From the NCBI RefSeq assembly GCF_009914755.1, contig NC_060948.1: a stretch of DNA of 64,000 nt; one strand, given 5' to 3'. The notes beneath the pieces are model-generated. The model saw nothing but the letters and a program-made list of their open reading frames with translations. It had not been told where the DNA came from and searched no databases. Each line of letters opens with the position of its first letter. The first letter of the stretch is position 1. A program made the position numbers and the translations under genes. The DNA comes from the human T2T-CHM13v2.0 reference genome, Homo sapiens. Below are positions 55,582 through 64,000 of the stretch, one piece after another.

Positions 55582-58500
55582 GAATTCATTGGAATGGAAG
55601 GGAATGTAGTGTAATGGACAGGCCTGGAATAAAGTGGAATGCTACGGTCTCGAATGGAATAAAAATGTATGGAATGGAATGCAATGAAACGGAATCGAAT
55701 GTCATAGAATGTAATGGAATGCAAAAAAATGGAATCCAAAATCATTGACTGGAAAGGCTGGGTGTCGAAAGGAATTGACTCCAATGGAATGGAATCGAAT
55801 GGAATGGAAGTGAATAGAATCGAACTAAATCGAATGGAATGGAATTGATAGGAACGGAATGGAAAGGAATGCAATGATTTGGCATGGAATGGAATCGAAT
55901 GGCATCGAATGGAATGGAATGGAATGCAATGGAATGGAATGTATTAGAATGTAATGAACTTTAATGGAATGTACTCGAATGGATTCGACTGGAATGGAAT
56001 GTTCTGGAAGTGAATGGACTCCAATGGAATGGATTCAAAAGGAATGGAATCGAACGGAATGGAATCTAATGGAATGGAATTAAATGGAAATGAATCAAAT
56101 TGAATAGCACGGAATTGAATTGAATGGAATCGAATGCAATGGAATCTAATGAAACGGAAAGGAAAGGAATGGAATGGAATGGAATGGGCTGGAATGGAAA
56201 GGAATCGAAACGAATGGAATGGAATCGAACTGAAGAGACTGGAATGGAATGCACTGGAATGGAAGGGAGTGTAATGGAAGGTTCTCGAAAATAATGGAAG
56301 CAAATGGAATGGAATTGAATGGAACGGAATAGAGTCGAATGGAATTGAATGGAATGGAATGGACTAGAGTGAAATGGAATCGAACCACAAGGAATGGACA
56401 GGAATAGAATGGTCTCGAATTGAATGGAATCGTATGGAATGGCATCAAACGGAATGGAATGGACAGCCACGGAATGGAATGCACTCGAATGCAATGGAGT
56501 CGAAACTAATGGACTGGAATAGAATGGACTCGACTGGTACGGACTCCAATGGAATGGAATCGAATGGAAGGGATTCGAACGGAATTGACTCGAAGGGAAA
56601 AGACTGCAATGGAAAGGTCTCGAATGGAATGGAAATTAATGGAATGGAATGGAATCGAATGAAATGGAGTCAAAAGGAATGGAATCGAATGGCAAGAAAT
56701 CGAATGTAATGGAATCGCAAGGAATTGATGTGAACGGAACGGAATGGAATGGAATCCAAAGGAATGGAATAGAATGGAATGGAATCGAATGGAAAGGACT
56801 CGAATGGAAATCACTCGAATAGAATGCAATTTAATAAAATAGGATCAAATGTAATGGAATGGAATGGAAAGGAATCGAAACGAAAGGAATGGAGACAGAT
56901 GGAATGGAATGGAACAGAGAGCAATGGTATAGAATGGAATGGAATCATCTGGAATGGAATTGAATGGAATGGAATAATATGAAATGGAATGGAATGGAAT
57001 GGAATGGAATGGAATGCCCTTGAATTAAATGGACTGGAATGGAATGGACTCGAACAGAGTGGAATGGAAAGTGTTGAGATAGAATGGAATGGACTCTTTT
57101 GGAATGGTCTAGTATGCAATGCAATCGACTGGCAGGGAATCAAAAGGAATGTAATCGAATGGATTAGACTGGAATGCAATTGACTCGAATAGATTGGAAA
57201 CGGAATGCAAAGGAATGGAATGGAATAGTATGGAATGGAATGGAAAGGAATGGAGTGGAATAGACTAGAGTGGAATGGAATGGACTGGAAAGCAATGGAC
57301 TGGAATGGAACTTTCTTGAATGGACTGGAATCAAACGGAATGGAATGCAATGCAATCAAATGGCATGGAATAAAATAGAATGAAAGAGAATCAAATGGAA
57401 TTGAATCGAATGGAATCGAATGGATTGGAAAGGAATAGAATGGAATGGAATGGAATTGACTCAAATGGAATGGACTAGAATGGAATGGATTCGAATGGAA
57501 GGCAAAGGAATGGAATCTATTGGAATGGACTGTAATGGAATGGAATGGAAGGGATTGGAATGGACTCGAATGGAATGGACTGCAATAGAAAGGATTCGAA
57601 TGGAATGAAAAAGAATTGAATGGAATAGAACAGAATGGAATCAAATCGAATGAAATGGAATGGAATAGAAAGGAATGGAATGAAATGGAATGGAAAGGAT
57701 TCGAATGGAATGCAATCGAATGGAATGGAATCGAACGGAATGGAATAAAATGGAAGAAAACTGGCAAGAAATGGAATCGAAATGAATGGAGTGTTATGGA
57801 ACGGACTCAAAAGGAATTGAATGTAATAGAATGGAGTGGAGTGGACTCGAATATAATGGACTGGAATGGAATGAAATCACATGGAATGGGAACGAATGGA
57901 ATGGAATGGAAAGGAATGGAATCGAATGGAAAGGAATCGAATGGAAGGGAATGAAATTGAATCAACAGGAATGGAAGGGAATAGAATAGACGGTAATGGA
58001 ATGGACTCGAATAGAATGGACACGAATGCTCAAATTGAATGGACTCGAATGGAATGGAAACGAAAGGAATGTCATCGAATGGAATTGAATCGATTGGAAT
58101 GAAATCGCATAGAATGGAGTGGAATCAAATGGAATTGAATCGAAAGGAAAGGAAGCGAATGGACTGAAATGAAATGGAATGGAATTGAATGGAAAGTAAT
58201 GCAATGGAATAGAATGGAACGAAATTTCACGGAATGGAATCAAACTGAATGGAATCAAATCAATGGAATCTAATCAAATGGAATGGAAAGGAATTGAATG
58301 GAGTAGATTGGATTGGATGGGATTGGAATGAAATGTACTGGAAAGGACTCGAATTTCATGAAACGGAATGGAATGAATTGGAACGGAATGGACTCGAATG
58401 GAATGGAATGTCATGGAATGGCATCAAATGGAATGGCATCAAATGGAATGGAATCGAATGCAATGGAATGCTATGGAATGGAATGGAATGCATTGGAATG

Positions 58501-59150
58501 GAATGTCCTCTAATGGAATGGATTCGAGTGGAATGGAATCGAATATAATGGAGTCGAATGAAATGGAATTGAAAGGAATGGGATCGAATACAATGGAATA
58601 TACTGGAATGTAATGTAATGAACTCGAATGTAATTGACTGGAATGGAATGTACATGAATGGAATGTAATCGAATGGAAAGTAATCCAATGGAATAGAATC
58701 TAATGCAATAAAATCGACTCAGATAGAGTAGAATGTAATGGAATGGAGTGCAGTGCAATGGAATGGAATGGAATGGAAAGCAATGGAATGGAATGGAATG
58801 GAATGGAATGGAATGGAATGGAATGGGATGGAATGGTATGGAATGGATAGTAATGGACTGGAGTGAAATGGACTGGAAAAGAATGGACTCAAATTGAAAG
58901 GGCTCGAAAGGAATGGAGTCAAATGGAATGGTCTGGAATGGAATGAACACGAATGTAATGCAATCCAATAGAATGGAATCGAATGGCATGGAATATAAAG
59001 AAATGGAATCGAAGAGAATGGAAACAAATGGAATGGAATTGAATGGAATGGAATTGAATGGAATGGGAACGAATGGAGTGAAATTGTATGCAGTAGAAGA
59101 GAATAGAATGGAATGCAAGCGAAATGAAAGGAATGGATTGCAATGGAATG
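55582..59150 (+). repeat. DYZ1 full unit, 3569 bp
   Basis: EcoRI 55582 to 59151. Confidence 0.9.
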
Positions 59151-62100
59151 GAATTCATTGGAATGGAAGGGAATGTAGTGTAATGGACAGGCCTGGAATA
59201 AAGTGGAATGCTACGGTCTCGAATGGAATAAAAATGTATGGAATGGAATGCAATGAAACGGAATCGAATGTCATAGAATGTAATGGAATGCAAAAAAATG
59301 GAATCCAAAATCATTGACTGGAAAGGCTGGGTGTCGAAAGGAATTGACTCCAATGGAATGGAATCGAATGGAATGGAAGTGAATAGAATCGAACTAAATC
59401 GAATGGAATGGAATTGATAGGAACGGAATGGAAAGGAATGCAATGATTTGGCATGGAATGGAATCGAATGGCATCGAATGGAATGGAATGGAATGCAATG
59501 GAATGGAATGTATTAGAATGTAATGAACATTAATGGAATGTACTCGAATGGATTCGACTGGAATGGAATGTTCTGGAAGTGAATGGACTCCAATGGAATG
59601 GATTCGAAAGGAATGGAATCGAACGGAATGGAATCTAATGGAATGGAATTAAATGGAAATGAATCAAATTGAATAGCACGGAATTGAATTGAATGGAATC
59701 GAATGAAATGGAATCTAATGAAACGGAAAGGAAAGGAATGGAATGGAATGGAATGGGCTGGAATGGAAAGGAATCGAAACGAATGGAATGGAATCGAACT
59801 GAAGAGACTGGAATGGAATGCACTGGAATGGAAGGGATTGTAATGGAAGGTTCTCGAAAATAATGGAAGCAAATGGAATGGAATTGAATGGAACGGAATA
59901 GAGTCGAATGGAATTGAATGGAATGGAATGGACTAGAGTGAAATGGAATCGAACCACAAGGAATGGACAGGAATAGAATGGTCTCGAATTGAATGGAATC
60001 GTATGGAATGGCATCAAACGGAATGGAATGGACAGCCACGGAATGGAATGCACTCGAATGCAATGGAGTCGAAACTTATGGACTGGAATAGAATGGACTC
60101 GACTGGTACGGACTCCAATGGAATGGAATCGAATGGAAGGGATTCGAACGGAATGGACTCGAAGGGAAAAGACTGCAATGGAAAGGTCTCGAATGGAATG
60201 GAAATTAATGGAATGGAATGGAATCGAATGAAATGGAGTCAAAAGGAATGGAATCGAATGGCAAGAAATCGAATGTAATGGAATCGCAAGGAATTGATGT
60301 GAACGGAACGGAATGGAATGGAATCCAAAGGAATGGAATAGAATGGAATGGAATCGAATGGAAAGGACTCGAATGGAAATCACTCGAATAGAATGCAATT
60401 TAATAAAATAGGATCAAATGTAATGGAATGGAATGGAAAGGAATCGAAACGAAAGGAATGGAGACAGATGGAATGGAATGGAACAGAGAGCAATGGTATA
60501 GAATGGAATGGAATCATCTGGAATGGAATTGAATGGAATGGAATAATATGAAATGGAATGGAATGGAATGGAATGGAATGCCCTTGAATTAAATGGACTG
60601 GAATGGAATGGACTCGAACAGAGTGGAATGGAAAGTGTTGAGATAGAATGGAATGGACTCCTTTGGAATGGAGTAGTATGCAATGCAATCGACTGGCAGG
60701 GAATCAAAAGGAATGTAATGGAATGGATTGGACTGGAATGCAATGGACTCGAATACATTGGAAACGGAATGCAAAGGAATGGAATGGAATAGTATGGAAT
60801 GGAATGGAAAGGAATGGAGTGGAATAGACTAGAGTGGAATGGAATGGACTGGAAAGCAATGGACTAGAATGGAACTTTCTTGAATGGACTGGAATCAAAC
60901 GGAATGGAATGCAATGCAATCAAATGGCATGGAATAAAATAGAATGAAAGAGAATCAAATGGAATTGAATCGAATGGAATCGAATGGATTGGAAAGGAAT
61001 AGAATGGAATGGAATGGAATTGACTCAAATGGAATGGACTAGAATGGAATGGATTCGAATGGAAGGCAAAGGAATGGAATCTATTGGAATGGACTGTAAT
61101 GGAATGGAATGGAAGGGATTGGAATGGACTCGAATGGAATGGACTGCAATAGAAAGGATTCGAATGGAATGAAAAAGAATTGAATGGAATAGAACAGAAT
61201 GGAATGAAATCGAATGAAATGGAATGGAATAGAAAGGAATGGAATGAAATGGAATGGAAAGGATTCGAATGGAATGCAATCGAATGGAATGGAATCGAAC
61301 GGAATGGAATAAAATGGAAGAAAACTGGCAAGAAATGGAATCGAAATGAATGGAGTGTTATGGAACGGACTCAAAAGGAATTGAATGTAATAGAATGGAG
61401 TGGAGTGGACTCGAATATAATGGACTGGAATGGAATGAAATCACATGGAATGGGAACGAATGGAATGGAATGGAAAGGAATGGAATCGAATGGAAAGGAA
61501 TCGAATGGAAGGGAATGAAATTGAATCAACAGGAATGGAAGGGAATAGAATAGACGGTAATGGAATGGACTCGAATAGAATGGACACGAATGCTCAAATT
61601 GAATGGACTCGAATGGAATGGAAACGAAAGGAATGTCATCGAATGGAATTGAATCGATTGGAATGAAATCGCATAGAATGGAGTGGAATCAAATGGAATT
61701 GAATCGAAAGGAAAGGAAGCGAATGGACTGAAATGAAATGGAATGGAATTGAATGGAAAGTAATGCAATGGAATAGAATGGAACGAAATTTCACGGAATG
61801 GAATCAAACTGAATGGAATCAAATCAATGGAATCTAATCAAATGGAATGGAAAGGAATTGAATGGAGTAGATTGGATTGGATGGGATTGGAATGATATGT
61901 ACTGGAAAGGACTCGAATTTCATGAAACGGCATGGAATGAATTGGAACGGAATGGACTCGAATGGAATGGAATGTCATGGAATGGCATCAAATGGAATGG
62001 CATCAAATGGAATGGAATCGAATGCAATGGAATGTTACGGAATGGAATGGAATGCATTGGAATGGAATGTCCTCTAATGGAATGGATTCGAGTGGAATGG

Positions 62101-62719
62101 AATCGAATATAATGGAGTCGAATGAAATGGAATTGAAAGGAATGGGATCGAATACAATGCAATATACTGGAATGTAATGTAATGAACTCGAATGTAATTG
62201 ACTGGAATGGAATGTACATGAATGGAATATAATCGAATGGAAAGTAATCCAATGGAATAGAATCTAATGCAATAAAACCGACTCAGATAGAGTAGAATGT
62301 AATGGAATGGAGTGCAGTGCAATGGAATGGAATGGAATGGAATGCAATGGAATGGAATGGAATGGAATGGAATGGAATGGAATGGAATGGAATGGGATGG
62401 AATGGGATGGAATGGATAGTAATGGACTGGAGTGAAATGGACTGGAAAGGAATGGACTCAAATTGAAAGGGCTCGAAAGGAATGGAGTCAAATGGAATGG
62501 TCTGGAATGGAATGAACACGAATGTAATGCAATCCAATAGAATGGAATCGAATGGCATGGAATATAAAGAAATGGAATCGAAGAGAATGGAAACAAATGG
62601 AATGGAATTGAATGGAATGGAATTGAATGGAATGGGAAGGAATGGAGTGAAATTGTATGCAGTAGAAGGGAATAGAATGGAATGCAAGCGAAAGGAAAGG
62701 AATGGATTGGAATGGAATG
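59151..62719 (+). repeat. DYZ1 full unit, 3569 bp
   Basis: EcoRI 59151 to 62720. Confidence 0.9.
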
Positions 62720-64000
62720 GAATTCATTGGAATGGAAGGGAATGTAGTGTAATGGACAGGCCTGGAATAAAGTGGAATGCTACGGTCTCGAATGGAATAA
62801 AAATGTATGGAATGGAATGCAATGAAACGGAATCGAATGTCATAGAATGTAATGGAATGCAAAAAAATGGAATCCAAAATCATTGACTGGAAAGGCTGGG
62901 TGTCGAAAGGAATTGACTCCAATGGAATGGAATCGAATGGAATGGAAGTGAATAGAATCGAACTAAATCGAATGGAATGGAATTGATAGGAACGGAATGG
63001 AAAGGAATGCAATGATTTGGCATGGAATGGAATCGAATGGCATCGAATGGAATGGAATGGAATGCAATGGAATGGAATGTATTAGAATGGAATGAACTTT
63101 AATGGAATGTACTCGAATGGATTCGACTGGAATGGAATGTTCTGAAAGTGAATGGACTCCAATGGAATGGATTCAAAAGGAATGGAATCGTACGGAATGG
63201 AATCTAATGGAATGGAATTAAATGGAAGTGAATCAAATTGAATAGCACGGAATTGAATTGAATGGAATGGAATGCAATGGAATCTAATGAAACGGAAAGG
63301 AAAGGAATGGAATGGAATGGGCTGGAATGGAAAGGAATCGAAACGAATGGAATGGAATCGAACTGAAGAGACTGGAATGGAATGCACTGGAATGGAAGGG
63401 AGTGTAATGGAAGGTTCTCGAAAAAAATGGAATCGAATGGAATGGAATTGAATGGAACGGAATAGAGTCGAATGGAATTGAATGGAATGGAATGGACTAG
63501 AATGAAATGGATTCGAACCACAAGGAATGGAGAGGAATAGAATGGTCTCGAATTGAATGGAATCGTATGGAATGGCATCAAACGGAATGGAATGGACAGC
63601 CACGGAATGGAATGCACTCGAATGCAATGGAGTCGAAACTAATGGACTGGAATAGAATGGACTCGACTGGTACGGACTCCAATGGAATGGAATCGAATGG
63701 AAGGGAATTGAACGGAATGGACTCGAAGGGAAAAGACTGCAATGGAAAGGTCTCGAATGGAATGGAAATTAATGGAATGGAATGGAATCGAATGAAATGG
63801 AGTCGAAAGGAATGGAATCGAATGGCAAGAAATCGAATGTAATGGAATCGCAAGGAATTGATGTGAACGGAACGGAATGGAATGGAATCCAAAGGAATGG
63901 AATAGAATGGAATGGAATCGAATGGAAAGGACTCGAATGGAAATCACTCGAATAGAATGCAATTTAATAAAATAGGATCAAATGTAATGGAATGGAATGG
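62720..64000 (+). repeat. DYZ1 unit truncated by the window end
   Basis: Starts at EcoRI 62720; landmarks in standard order. Confidence 0.9.

Larger units (their letters stand above)
43170..61400 (+). repeat. 9116-bp tandem duplication (two copies; each two full units plus one short unit)
   Basis: Shared variants offset by 9116: ACATGGAAAGGGAAAG 43211/52327, GATTCGTGTGG ~43853/52969, GAATACATTGG ~51635/60751, EcoRI 46466/55582 and 50035/59151. Confidence 0.88.
1..64000 (+). repeat. DYZ1: Human Satellite III (HSat3) DYZ1 array, (GGAAT)n-derived, ~3.55-kb higher-order unit (Yq12 heterochromatin type)
   Basis: Continuous GGAAT pentamers with diverged variants (CGAAT, GGACT, TGAAT, GCAAT). Unique landmarks such as GGCTGGGTGTCG, CAGGCCTGG and AAAACTGGCAAG recur every ~3.54-3.57 kb. 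One EcoRI and one HaeIII site per full unit; one unit is exactly 3564 bp, the length of the classic DYZ1 EcoRI monomer. Family assignment is from recall, not a database search. Confidence 0.95.

Noticed and set aside
358-63962. All six-frame ORFs (MEWNG-rich on +, FHSIP-rich on -, up to 318 aa)
   Set aside because: GGAAT and ATTCC repeats have no stop codon in any frame, so long low-complexity ORFs are expected. They overlap in all frames and their ends shift with 5-bp indels; no domain-like content.
1-64000. CRISPR-like or other prokaryotic repeat system
   Set aside because: No repeat-unique spacer architecture, no cas or other genes; continuous satellite.
1-64000. HSat2, alpha satellite, DYZ2 (HSat1B), Alu or L1 content
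   Set aside because: No dominant CATTCGATTC/ATCATC HSat2 periodicity, no 171-bp monomer, no AT-rich DYZ2 block and no non-pentamer insertion seen.

Overview
The whole 64-kb window is one uninterrupted, single-orientation (GGAAT on +) pentameric satellite array organised into a ~3.55-kb higher-order unit with one conserved EcoRI and one HaeIII/StuI site per unit. This matches human Satellite III DYZ1 of Yq12 heterochromatin. I see no credible protein-coding genes, RNA genes, Alu/L1 or DYZ2 sequence; all tracked ORFs are translations of the pentamer. EcoRI-to-EcoRI spacings are 3544, 3564, 3569, 3553, 3549, 3543, 3539, 3539, 3554, 5547, 5542, 3569, 5547, 3569 and 3569 bp. Non-trivial structure: (i) a 1545-bp microhomology-flanked deletion creating a ~2.0-kb short unit, present three times; (ii) overlapping 5547-bp and 9116-bp tandem duplications that spread it; (iii) single-unit tandem duplications, variant-defined domains and apparent gene-conversion patches; (iv) three perfect tripartite heat-shock elements (GAAnnTTCnnGAA) per full unit, two of which the deletion removes. 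All coordinates and variant comparisons were made by eye, so breakpoints are approximate.
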